DNA of 64,000 bases from Epiperipatus broadwayi (lineage: Eukaryota > Animalia > Onychophora): NCBI GenBank assembly GCA_028023455.1, contig JAQFVV010000002.1:10292001-10356000 (forward strand). The letters are read 5' to 3'. Under the pieces are notes generated by a model. It was not told the DNA's origin and did not search any database. It saw only the letters and a program-made list of their open reading frames with translations. The position numbers and the translations under genes are program-made. This document shows positions 42,401-55,047 of this stretch, in pieces; the stretch's first letter is position 1, and each line of letters starts with the position of its first letter.

Positions 42401-43690
42401 TTTTTTGAAGGCTAAATTCCAGATTTACAGCCTCAATTGGAATTCAGTATTTTTTCAAGGCTTTAGTAATTAGTTGAAACTTCTAGAACAATAAAAGTAG
42501 AGAAGAATCTATTAAAGACTTTTGTATTCTTTTGTTTTTAAAAAAAGAAAAAATGTATACAAGTGAATAATTATTTTGAAAGTGTGTTCAAAAGAAATTT
42601 AAAAAAAAAATCAGATTAGATTTGTAAGTCAGTTATCAAAATATATATTATGTTCTTTACAATATTGATAAGGGAAATAATCCCATAAGGTAATTTGAAT
42701 TTTTATTTATTATTATTATCATTAATATTTTTATTACAAACATATCAAATTTTAATTGAGTTGATTAATTCATATATATTCATTTAATAATGTGATAAGC
42801 ATTATGGAATCATAAAGTTTTTAATTACATTTATAATGTTAAATTTTGTTGAGTAATGAGTTTCCAAGCCTTAAATTTTTTTTTCGAGATTTAATAGCAT
42901 TAAGAAATATAATTTAAGTGAAGCATTTATAGCTAGGATTATACATATATATATATATATATTAGATTTCAGACTGAATATTTTGTTATACTATTAACTT
43001 AAGAATATATAAGTCACTTATATCAAACAAGATATAAATAACTCTTGATTTTTTTTAATGCATGTATATGTCTAGTTGTAGAATATTTTGACAAATTATT
43101 GCTGGTGATTTGTTATAATAAAATAAGACACTGCATAAGTTAAATATTTACATAAGGAGTGTTGAGTTTTTAAAAATAATGAAGTAGTGATTTGATTAAT
43201 TATTGGAAAATAGATATAATTAAGAAGTGATTAATTTATAGATTGTTAATAAAAATGATAATGGTTTATCCCTAATTCTTATTAATTTATAGTGTTTGAG
43301 GAGTTATTGTAATTTTATGTCATTTGATCTACATATATGAACAACTTGACATTTTAAAGGGAAGTAATTATTATTAAAATATATATTTTTTGCTAAGCAT
43401 GTTTAATAATTTTTGTTAATTAAAATAAATTGTTGACTTTAATTTTTTTAATCAGACTTAATACTTTATTGAATATAAGATTACACATGCTAATTTAATA
43501 TATTTGTTCATTTAAATATTAATTACTTATCTTTATTTAAAATATCCTGAAATATAAAAAATGTTAATATTTATAGATCATAAATTTATTTATCCTGTAG
43601 TTTAATAAATTATCCTTTGACTCCAGGGTAAATTCATTAAATGTATTATAATATAATATTCTTGATCATATTAATAATAAGATACTTAGT

Positions 43691-43891
43691 CATCACATGA
43701 TCACCATTTCTTATGCTAGCACATAATTGTTATTAAAACAGGCAAAACTCTCCATACAGGCAAAACTCTCCATACAGTAGTGCCACCCAGTGCCAACCAG
43801 AGTAATCAATGGATATCAGAAGGTTTATGCATAAAATCCCCATCTAGTACCTACTTGTCCAATCCTACTGTATGGTGAGTTTTGCCTGTTT
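43691..43891 (-). mobile_element. Hammerhead-family mini retroelement, copy 2 (core absent, inverted cap)
   Basis: Positions 43691-43863 are the family body in antisense and 43865-43891 are an inverted copy of part of it. Flanked by a 13-bp direct repeat TAAGATACTTAGT (43678-43690 and 43892-43904). Confidence 0.75.
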
Positions 43892-43899
43892 TAAGATAC

Positions 43900-44193
43900 T
43901 TAGTTTAGATAAAAACTATTCTGTAAAACTGGCACTTTGATTTAAGTAATATGATAAAGAAGATACTATTCCTTTATACAAACATATATGATATTTTCAT
44001 TGAGATTAAAGAGTCAGTGTTAATAGATATTTAATTATATATTATAAGTCCAGATTATGTTTCTTATGCCTATTAAAAACTATTGACTGTTATATAATTT
44101 AGCAATTGAACTTCTGGGATATATTTTTTAAAAAAACATACTATTAAATAGCTTGACTTCATAACCAATCTTCCTTCATTGCCAGTTACCATT
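43900..44193. repeat. Direct repeat copy 1 (~300 bp; copy 2 at 46459-46779)
   Basis: TATTCTGTAAAACT.GCACTTTGATT.AAGTAATATGATAAAGAAGATACTATTCC...GCCAGTTACCATT is present twice, diverged and with an indel. Confidence 0.9.
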
Positions 44194-44644
44194 GCATAAT
44201 TTGATTCTCCAACATGGTAACATGAATAATAAACAGTCCATGTCCATAATTTTGTGCACTAGAGTATTAAATATTGTTTACATTATGTGACCTAACAAGT
44301 TGTTAAAAAATCTTATACTAATATTTATTTTAGTAGTATGTTAAAAAATTTGAATCCATCCAAATGATATCACAAACTTGTATAAGTATAATATAGTAAA
44401 TAACTGATCATTATGGATAAGTAGATGTCTTGTCTTTGTTTTTTTTTTTGTTTTTATAAATAGCAGTGGATGGTGTAATGAATACCAAGTTATCAATTAT
44501 ATTATTGGGGTAAATAAATTTATTTAAAATATTTAAATTCCATTAAATTTTCAGATAGTTTATGTAAGTAGGCTATGAAAATATAGATTAAGAATTTTTT
44601 AAATATAATTTTAATTGATCAAATTAATATTGCAATAACCTTAT

Positions 44645-44810
44645 TAATACACATTATGACTGGTATTAAAGACAATATATCAGATGGGTCTAACTTTAGT
44701 AATAGCTTGGAAATCAAAAAAATGTTTTAATACACATTATGACTGGTATTAAAGACAATATATCAGATGGGTCTAACTTTAGTAATAGCTTGGAAATCAA
44801 AAAAATGTTT
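44645..44810. repeat. Apparently exact 83-bp tandem duplication over the gag start
   Basis: TAATACACATTATGACTGG...CAAAAAAATGTTT starts at 44645 and 44728. Confidence 0.95.
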
Positions 44811-46300
44811 CAAACTCTGATGAGCAAATTTGAGGCTCTCAGAACTAAAATTAATGTTAATTCACAAAACTTAAATGCTGACTTGAACATTGAATTAAAT
44901 TATAAAATTGATAAATTTGAGGAGTCTAAAATTTAAATCCAAGCATTAAAAGTAGAATTAACAGTTGTCTTAGAAGGATTAAGTTGAAATTAATAATAGG
45001 TTAGATAAGATAAAGAAAGATAATCAAGTACTATAGGATAAATTGGAAATTAGGTTTAGCCATTTTCAAAAACAGTTTTCAGAATTTCATAGTGAATCAA
45101 AAGCTGAAATTAGGGAATGTAAAAAAGTGCAAATTAAAGCTGAAAACAAATTAAAGAAAATAGAGGTTGAATGTAAAAAATCATGATTAGAATGCCAAAA
45201 TTTTCAGAAACAATTGTGTATAACCTTACATCATGAGCTCTCAGATTTTAAACAAGATATGGACAAGTCATATCAAACTTAGACAAAGAAATGGAAATAA
45301 TGAAACACAAACAAAAGGAAGATGTTATGAAAAATTTGGAAAAACAATGTAAACATGTCACTGATAAATTTAAATTTGACAACAGTCAATTACAGAAAGA
45401 ATTTCAAGATCAACTCGAAGCATGTACTAATATTACTTCTAAATGAATAGATGAAATTGAAATGAAGATTAAATGTGATAGTATTGAAAATAAAGGAGAA
45501 AATAAGGATAAAGAGATAAAAGATAAAACTATAAATTTTTGTAATACCTAGGACAGGTTATGATATTGGCAGCAGATGATCTTAAGTAAGAACTGCTGGA
45601 AGTTAATGCTAATTTAGCTAAAGTAAATAAAAATCATCATTTAGGAGTTGATTGAGATATAGTAAATATGAATAGTCAACATATGGGATCAAAGAAAATA
45701 ATTGGTAGTAAAGTTGAACAAATATTGTTAGAAGATAACTTTAGAGACCTACAAATCATTTAGGTCAAACAGAATCCAAGTAATGAGGGCAGATTAAAGA
45801 TATGGAAATTTAAGTTTATAAAGAAAACAAAAGATTTGAACGCTAAGGACAATTATGTAAAGCATAATTTAGAAGATAATATGTGACTACATTGTGAAAA
45901 TAATATAGAGATGTTGTGATAAATACTTGTATTCAGAAAACTCAAGTGTTTCTCAGTTTACACATGTTAAGGTTTTTAGAGTTGAATTTAACAATAACTC
46001 AATGGAATACCTGAATAGCTTAAAAGAGTTATTTGAATTAAGTAGATTAAATAAGAAGGAAAAATTAGCTATTGCAACTAATCATTTATGTTTTTCAGCA
46101 AAAGACTGGTGGTATCTTTGTGGAAAAGCCCAGAATGTACAGAAATTATAAAGAGGCAGTCTAATTTTTGGAATGAAGACAAACAAGATAGTGTTCATTA
46201 CCAAATTCTCCAGGGCAGATATAGTGTGAACAAAGGGAATTATACTAAGTTTTTTCAGAAATCAATAGCCAAATTAAAAATGCTCACAGCATTCCCACTA
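44656..46300 (+). pseudogene. Ty3/Gypsy gag relic (coiled-coil N-terminus plus capsid-like domain)
   Basis: SMEYLNSLKELFELSRLNKKEKLAIATNHLCFSAKDWWY and FWNEDKQDSVHYQILQGRY match Gypsy capsid patterns (L...A..WW; FW...Q..V...L..G.Y). Frameshifted; no pol follows. Confidence 0.7.
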
Positions 46301-46458
46301 TCTAAAGACCAGAATATGCCATGGCATATAGAGCAAATATTTTTAGCATCAGAGCAGCATACTGTACAGAAGCAACATAAAGAATTTAGTTCCTTGTATT
46401 TTAGATGTTTAAGTACACATAATATACATGCTCTTAATCTTTACTAATAATAACATAT

Positions 46459-46779
46459 TTAGTTTAAATAAACAGTATTCTGTAAAACTCGCACTTTGAT
46501 TCAAGTAATATGATAAAGAAGATACTATTCCTTTATACAAATATATATATTTTAACATTGAGATTAAAGAATCAAAAATTATAGATATTTAATTATATAT
46601 CATTTTGTATAAGTTGGTACAGATATAGAATTCTGTCCAGTTTATGTTTATTATGCCTATTAATAAACATTTACTGCTATATACTTTAGCAATTGAACTT
46701 CTGAGACATATTTCTTTAAAAACACACTATTAAATAGCTTGGCAACATAACCAAGCTTTCATCATTGCCAGTTACCATT
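46459..46779. repeat. Direct repeat copy 2 (partner of 43900-44193)
   Basis: Same sequence as above. Similarity continues leftward across the position where copy 1 carries the mini-element insertion. Confidence 0.9.
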
Positions 46780-47059
46780 ATAATATACATAATAAATCAG
46801 TAACTAAGTTTTCTATTAAAATTATTTATATTTTTATTTTAAAACAATTGTTTCAAAATATATATATATATATAAAGTACAAACAATTTAAAACAATTGC
46901 AAAAAGTTAAAAAAAGATCGCCATTTTTTTTAGCATTTAAAAACAACAATTGTTTTAAAATAAAAATAGGAACAATTTTAAATAGAAAACTTAGTTACTG
47001 ATTTACTATACATATATCATTATCATTATTAAAAACCTAAAGGTAAACAAGTCAATAAA

Positions 47060-47855
47060 ACAATCAGAATTAACACATATTCACAACTCAATCAGACTAG
47101 CGAAAAAATATAAACTCTAAAATACAACCAAAGGTTTCACTGCTATGAACAGACTTCTCAAGTGTAAAGAACTATAAAATAACATATTTAAATTAAACAT
47201 TGCCCACAATTCCACTTACATCCACATAGACTCTTAATATTAAAAAACTTTTAAATAAGTTAATTGCTTCAGAATCATAAATTTTTAATAAAAAAGATTC
47301 TTCAATTCTTTTTATTTCATTTCTCTCAAAGAAGCAACTTTATTCTCATTAAAATTAAATGTGGTCTGTATCTTTTTCATGGATATTTAAAGCAGAACTA
47401 AGATATTTTTTTCTATCCCTAACTTTATGTTCTTTTATTTTTTTAATTTTTTGAGCTTAAATGAAAGAATAAAGGTACATAAAAATAGGGTTAGAAATAA
47501 ATATCATAGTTCTACTTTATATATCCTTGGAAAAAACACAGATCACACTTAATTTTGATGATGCTAAGATTGTCTTCTTTGAGAGAAATAAAATAAAAAA
47601 AGAATTAAAAAAAATTTATTATTAAAAATTTATGATTTTGAAGCAATTAACTTATTTAAAAGTTTTTTTAATATTAAAAGTATATGTAATGCAAGTGGAA
47701 TTGTGAGTAATGTTTAGTTTAAATATGTTGTAATTTTGTAGTTCTTTACATTTAAAAAGTCTGCTTATAGTAGTGAAACCATTGGTTATGTTTTACAGTT
47801 TATATTTTTTGGCTAGTCTGTTTGAGTTGTGAATTTGAGATAATTTTGATTATTT
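47060..47855. mobile_element. Penelope-like 3' end present as a long inverted duplication
   Basis: 47060-47440 mirrors 47465-47855. The right arm encodes HTLNFDDAKIVFFERNKIK.EL, a GIY-YIG C-terminal pattern (H..DF....IL..E....R...E). Confidence 0.72.
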
Positions 47856-48180
47856 GTAATTATGTACACATACTAAATATATTATATACATTAAGACTAT
47901 ATCTATATAAACTTTCTGCAGAAATATCTAATGACTTATATATACTACATGTGTGATATAGATTTAAAGTAAAATTATATGTATTAAGTGAAGTTCATTT
48001 ACAACATATACACATTTATTATGTACAATGACATATACATAAGGAGTATACATTTTATGTTAGAGCAGAAATGTTGAGTTATATATATCAATTATAAGTG
48101 CCCAGTCAATTTAAAGGACTATATAGTTTTACATTTTCATTTATTGCACCAATGCTAAAAACTTAAAAATAATAAAGATA

Positions 48181-48473
48181 TTTTTATATATTAAATGCTT
48201 TTATTGAGTGTGCACTAAAAAGAAGTAAAATAATTGTTGCTTGAACCACAATTGGAGTTTTTACATTTAACTTAAAATAAAACATGGGGGAGTGCACAAA
48301 TTAATTAATTCAATCCTAATTTTTTATAATAGAGGATTGACTTAATAGATTTTTGCTCCCCCCCCCCCATGTTTCATTTCAAGTTAAATCTAAAAACCTC
48401 AATTGTGATTGAAGAAACAATTATTTTATTTCTATTTAGTACACAGTAAATAAAAGCATTTAATATATAAAAA
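48181..48473. mobile_element. Foldback/MITE-like element (~110 bp arms)
   Basis: TTATATATTAAATGCTTTTATT...AAAACATGGGG is mirrored by CCCCATGTTT...AATAAAAGCATTTAATATATAA. Confidence 0.8.
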
Positions 48474-49361
48474 AAATTATCTCTATTATTTAATGTTAAA
48501 GGTTCTATTCATTTTAAATCTTAACTTCTTCAATTTTCTAACAGGGCAGCAAAATTATTTAATTCCTGAAATCAAACTATAGCTTTATTAGCTTTAAATA
48601 TCTGACTTACTTAAATAAATTGTCAACAGTTTTCAAGCTTATAAAAATATTTTCGTAGAAAAATTTTAATAGTAAGTAATGTGGCTTGCTAAAAAACAAC
48701 AACAAAACAACTATGTTTATTATAAGCTTTACTATTTTACTAGAGTTTAGAATAAAAATCTTTTAAACAATAATTAAGATTCACTTTATTGTAAATTTTA
48801 TATTTAAAAGTTTAAAAAAAATATTAAATTGTTTAAAAATAACTCATTAAAATGTTTCTCTAAAGATAAACAATGAGAGAATGGATACTGTTTACCAATG
48901 ACATGATAGTGTAGTGTTATATATAAATATTCATTATCTGACTAACAATTAGATAGCTGCCTGAACTTGGCTAACTAGTTTGATTTTAAACTTGCCTGGA
49001 AACAGAATGTATTTAGCATTATGACATGAGGTTTTTACAAATTATACATCTGAGGGCTAAATGTGCCCAAATAGATTTTGTTGATTCCCCAAACTCTTAT
49101 ACTTGTAGCAATTTATAGCTGTGATTCAGTTATGATTTAATACAGGAAATTCATCTTAATGAGCCTATTTCTCACTAAGTTAATCATAGTGTGTATATAT
49201 ACTAAACCAGTTGTAATTCTATTCAATGGCTTACAGACCTATGTACATCTTACTTAGAACTCTTTATTTTCCATGATCAGAGTCATTGATTTTTCTTTCT
49301 TTATTTTAAATATATAGTAATTGATATATTTTTGATATGATTATTATAAACTGAAGTTATT

Positions 49362-50132
49362 ATAATTAATAATTTGTTAAGCACATACTCATTATCTAAG
49401 TAATATATATTAAGGCTATAACCTTAAGACTATGCACCTAGATGTGATAGTAGGGACATCTACAAATCTTAACACAAGATTACAACTTTAAAAGACAAGA
49501 GCGGCCACTCTTATCTTCAACCTACTTAAGAGTTTCACACTGACTCGTTGTAAATCAAAAGATTTTGCATACATTAGCTTTTATAGAAATTGTGGACTTA
49601 ATCAGTGAAGTAGTTAATAGCTTTATGCTCTCAAATCAATATGCTTTAGATTTACCTATATAATTAAAAAGTAGGTCAAAGATAAGTGTGGCCACTCTTG
49701 TCTTTTAAAGTCATAATCTTGTGTTAAGATTTGTAGAAGTCTCTACTGTCACATATAGGCACATAGTCATAAGGTTATAGCCTTAATATATATTACTTAT
49801 ATAATGTATATGTGCTTAAAAATTATTAATTACAACTTTAAATTGTCTTAAAAGATTTTTAATTATAAGAGCTTCACACTGACTCACTGTAAATTGAAAG
49901 ATTCACTTATGTTAGCTTGTATAGAAATTATGGACTTAATCGATGAAGTAGTTAATAGCTTCATGCTTTCAAATCAAAATGCTTTAGATTTACTTGTATA
50001 ATTAAAAAGTAGGTTGAAGATAAGAGTGGCCGCTCTTGTCTTTTAAAGTCGTAATCTTGTGTTAAGATTTGTAAAGGTCCCTACTGTCACATCTAAGTGC
50101 ATAGTCTTAAGGTTATAGTCTTAATATATATT
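49362..50132. mobile_element. Compound element: inverted arm plus two tandem units, with 12-bp TSD
   Basis: 49363-49527 is the inverse of 49665-49832, and 49865-50132 repeats 49527-49798. Flanked by ACTGAAGTTATT at 49350-49361 and 50133-50144. Confidence 0.8.
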
Positions 50133-51218
50133 ACTGAAGTTATTGTAGTAATTTGTTTTAACTACAAATATGGCAAGAAAAAGCTAACACCCTTATAGTA
50201 AGATGGATACAATTACTTTTTTAATAACTTCACTTAAGAGTTCAACAAAATATTATCATATTGTTTGTTCTAAAATGAAAAATAATATTTTTATATAACA
50301 ATATTGTATATATATAACTATTTAATTATAATTTTTTTGATAATTAATAAATTATGTTCATTAAACTCATCAATTCATTTTGTTTCCATGTATTTATAAT
50401 TACTACTAATTAATTGTATATTTCAATATATATTTAATATCCAAAGTTTAATATAATAAAATGCATTTGATATGACTATATCATGTGTAATTAACAATTT
50501 ATAAATATACTGATTTATTAATTATTGATGCTTTAAAAATTAAGTCAGCCATGTTTACGATGTTATTATAAGATCTAAGCTTGTTAAATTTACATAAGAG
50601 ACTGGAGGTACACTATATAGCTGATAAGAATTATTTGATTTGAAATATATGTATTATACAAAGTGATTTGCCAATTTTTTTCTGTAGTGATAAAGTAATC
50701 ATTTTAAAAATGTTTATAGCAATATAATTAGATTGTTATATCAATTCTTGTTTTTATATTGACTAAATTAATTAAATGAGTTTACATGAATTCTAAACCA
50801 AATTCAAAATTGTCCAGATGTCAATTTATTTTTAGTAAAACTTATTTAACAAAATTTTTTAAATATACAAAACATGAATATGCAACCATTTAAATCAATG
50901 TTTTGCATTTAATTTTCTATTTTAACTAATAATAATATTTTTAAAGAAATGTCAAAAGTTAGACTCAGAATTGTAATTTCAAAGTAATTTTATAATATTA
51001 TTACCACTTAAATAAATAGATATTAGATGAATAAAAACATTGGTTTTATTTAAAATTATATGGCTAGTTGAGGGTTTTTCTGCATATTTTTTTATATATT
51101 TAGAATGTTTTAGAATTTCCAATGATAAACAAATGTTAATAAATAAAGTGGAGTTCTATGATATTTGAACACCAGAAGTGACAGAGCCAAGATTATTGTC
51201 TTTGATCTTTAATTCTAG

Positions 51219-51249
51219 AAACTGTCACTTTACCAATGCATTACTCCAG
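51219..51249 (+). other. Candidate 31-nt micro-exon
   Basis: Pyrimidine-rich acceptor CTTTGATCTTTAATTCTAG and donor CAG|GTAAGG. One frame (TVTLPMHYS) is phase-compatible with 54836. This could easily be chance. Confidence 0.18.
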
Positions 51250-53899
51250 GTAAGGCAAAAATTTTAATTATGTTCTGATAAATTTACCCACTTTAATAGA
51301 TGATATGACATATGAATGTAATTTGTTGGCATAAAGATCTCATGGAAATCTATTTAATTATTTTTCATTCTATCTGATATCAATATTCAGGTTATCAATT
51401 TTGGAGGTTGTATCAACTCTGTTTACTAATATATTACAACTTAAATATTACAACTTTTTATTTATTTATTTTTGCTTTTATAAAAATCTTTTCAAGTAAT
51501 AGAACATTAAAGTTCACACTTAAATTGAGCATTTTTGATTCTTTTTTTTAAAAAAAGGGTGCTTAATTTAGATTCTAATCTATCTGGACAGTCTTCACAT
51601 ATTAATAAAAAAATAATTCACTAGTCACAATAATAAAATACATACAATATAATTTACAATTATAGTAAATCAAATATAGAGTTTGGGAGTAATTATAATC
51701 TTTTTAAGATGTGGTCAGAAAAATAATTACAAATGCAATCTAAATAGTTTACAAAAAAAAAAAAAAGGATTTGATAAATTAATTTTAAAAAAATATTTTA
51801 AATTATTTTGATTTAACTTAGATTTGTAAATATAATTCAATTAATGAAATTTATTTTTATTAGTTTGTTTTATTTAATAGAATTTTATTTAATAAATCAT
51901 CACAATATTTTTTAATCATACTTCATTTTAATAAAATATACATAACTTATTTCAGTTTTTATTATTCGTCAAGAAACAACTAAAATTAAAATTGAAAAAT
52001 ATGTCATGTGAGTGAATTTGACAGACACCCAGTATCTTTATAAAATTATAAATTTATACATTAGCTTGTTTTTGCTTCTTTATTATTAAGCGTTTTTTTA
52101 AAAAAAAAAACAATCATGCATAGAATGTTATTAAAATACTTATTTAAAAAAATGATAAGGTTAGTCATTTTCTAAATCCAAAGCAATATTATAATAGCAT
52201 AAGTTTAAGATAGAATAATAAAAAAGACCATTATTAGTAAACAAGAAGAATACTATACAAAACAATTCAGAGAATAGCGAAAAGACTACTAAAAACAAAG
52301 TGATGAATAATTGTACATTCTTAATTACACTGGATGAATATTATTTCAAAATTTCATATCCATATAGAAATATTTTTTCCCTTTTAATAATACTTAAAAA
52401 TAGATTTTCCAATTCTTTTTTTTTTTTTTGTAAGTTTTAAAAAATAGAAACTACGATTCTGTTTATTAATACGAATACTCTATTTAGAAAAATGAGCTTC
52501 TGAATAGCGTGGAGTTTGTTTTACTAATTACGTATAATTTAGTTTTATAAAATTAAATTACATAAATTAATAATAACTATTATTAATTAACAATAATAGC
52601 TGATATTAATGTTAATTTAAACACTTATTAACAAAATAATTATTTGTTAAGTAATTATTTAAAAAAAGTATGCTGACCGGAAGACAAAATTTAATGACTA
52701 TAATCAAAATAATTATGCTTTATAAAATTTAATTAAAACTAATTTCATTTTTAATAGAAAGTATTTTAAATTACTTATTGTTAGATAATCATAAAAATAT
52801 TGTGTATTTAAAATTTTTTTTTTCTTTTCAATAGTTGAATTATCACTTTTAAATAATTAACGTAAAATATACTACATTCATATAGCTGTCAATCTTTCTA
52901 ATTTAAACTTTGAGAAATAGTTTTAAAATTCTTAAATGTTATCATTGTTATAAGATGAAATTTAAAACATTCTGTGAGGGAGGATCCAGATAAAGATATT
53001 TTTAACTTTCAAATGTTTAAAATAATAAAAATGTAGATGTTTCAATAATTTCATCTTTTTCTGTATTTAAATATATAAATTACTTAATTTCAAATTGATT
53101 ATTAGTACTACAGTAATTGTTAAAATGAAAGTTGTAAATCAATCAAATTTTAATAGAAACTTATCAAAAAAAATAAAGCAATGAAAATTTATACTTACCT
53201 GATATTTTTTTTTTTTAAAAAAAAAAAACAACAACAAATGTTTAATTTTCCATTTAATTATAGCCATGGCTCAAGAAGATAGCATGAAAATAATTCTTTT
53301 GTAAATCAGTAGATTGACTGTAATTTTGACAGTCAATGAGTGCATCAACATTAATCTGACAAAATTACTTTCTATCCAAGAATAGATAGGTATCCATTTA
53401 CTTATTATTATTAAAAGAAATGGCTATGTACCTTAGATTGGCTGTGGAATATCTATCTGAAAGAAAAATCTTAAACTTATTTATGAACCCTAACTATTAT
53501 CTGTAAGGTTTTTCATTGACTGTAATAATTATTTTAAATTCTGCAGTTCCAAATTCTGGAAGTTCAACACCACATTATTCAGTCTTTTCTGTCTTAGCTA
53601 TTTTGTTGAGTAATAATTTTTAAGTTTGTATAAAGAATTTTTTTAGATCCATCAGATTTTTAAATTCTATTAAAACTTAAATAAATTTTTCTTTAAAAAA
53701 GTTTAAATTTTAACTTAATGCCAAATGCAACAATGGGGAAAAACAATTAAAAAAATTTATGATAAAAACCAAATTCAAAGGAAGGGACAGCAACATCCTT
53801 ATGCAAAGCAATAATTGGTGCCTCTCCCTCTCTTCAAAAAAATAAAATAATTTCTACATGATTCTATATATATTAATGTTTTATTAAAAGTAACAATGA

Positions 53900-54400
53900 A
53901 AAAAATTACTATTACATATTTTCTGAGCTTTTATAGAATTAAATTTACATATCATCAACACTTAAGAGTATTGCATATTGTTCTCTATAGTTATCACTGA
54001 CAAATTTATCAGCTGATCTTTTTATGATTTTTAACTTTGAAAATGATCTCTCTTGACTAGCTATACTTCTAGAAAGAGATAATGATATTCTTAATGATAT
54101 GCTCAAATTTGGAAATTAAATGGTCAAATCATTTTCATGAATATAAGTTGGAACATTAAGTGGATTTTTGAATTGAAGTAATTCATTAGAAAATACATTC
54201 TTATTGCATAAGATGCTTATCTAAGTTAACATTTATCAATAAAAGATTGTAACACACATTGCTAGAAACTTTCCTCTACTAAACAACAATATTATTTATA
54301 TGTCAATCTTGTTGCTACAAAAGTAATTAATTATATAAATCTTCATACAATCTTTAATCTACCTATATTAATAAACAAAAGAGTCAATTCTTGTAAAATA
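53900..54400 (-). pseudogene. hAT (ZMYM1-like) transposase C-terminal relic
   Basis: Minus strand FPNLSISLRISLSLSRSIASQERSFSKVK...ITIENN...KAQK matches FPNL.IALRI.LTLP...AS.ERSFSKLK...SIE...KARK. Confidence 0.62.
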
Positions 54401-54835
54401 TTTCAAACTATATAATCATTTACATGTACTCTTTAGATATCTTATGGCTCTAATAATAACAGCACAAACAACTTTAGAGACCAATAAAACATGAAACATA
54501 TAAACACTATTATAATTAAATTATGAATAAATAATAATTATTAATTAACAATCTCTCATCAAAAAAAATTACACACATACTAAGTCATGATATTGAAAAT
54601 GTAATAATATATTGTACCAGACCATAATTCTCTGTGGAATTCTGCTACTAATCTTGCACTGAGCATGAAGTGATCAAGATTTAGCAGGGAAAGAAATGGA
54701 TACCAATTTAGCCGATTGTCTGTACTCATATATATTGGTATTTCCAACTAAACTGATAGAAAGAGTGAATTGACAGGACTCTGCCAATTAAATACCCTTT
54801 TAGTTAATATCCTTCTTGAATGCCCGAATGTTTAG

Positions 54836-55047
54836 ATTCTATGGTAAGTACACATCTTTGAAAAGTCTATTTACAAACAGCTTTTACGCGCCACTCCCAG
54901 AAAGAAATGAAACTGAATTTCCCTCCCTCCTAGAAGAATATGTAATATCATATGTACAGCAGAGCATGAGACTAAGATTTAACACCCTGGTAGAGCAATA
55001 TCCCGTGTGGCTAGCTCAGAACACTCTACATCCAGAGTCTTCAATGA
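54836..55047 (+). CDS. Candidate internal coding exon of an unidentified host gene
   Basis: Stop-free frame (FYGKYTSLKSLFTNSFYAPLPERNETEF...HPESSM) bounded by TTTAG and a perfect GA|GTAAGT donor. GC-richer than its flanks, retains CpGs and shows no TE motif I recognise. Confidence 0.4.

Noticed and set aside
44813-44850. CTGATGAG motif
   Set aside because: No stem II-GAAA follows and it lies inside gag coding sequence. The same applies to CTGANGA hits near 6533, 15418, 29458 and 36894.
49527-49570. Possible minus-strand hammerhead (…GTGTGAAACTCTTAAGTA)
   Set aside because: A GAAAC and a possible stem III are present, but there is no CUGANGA upstream in either unit.
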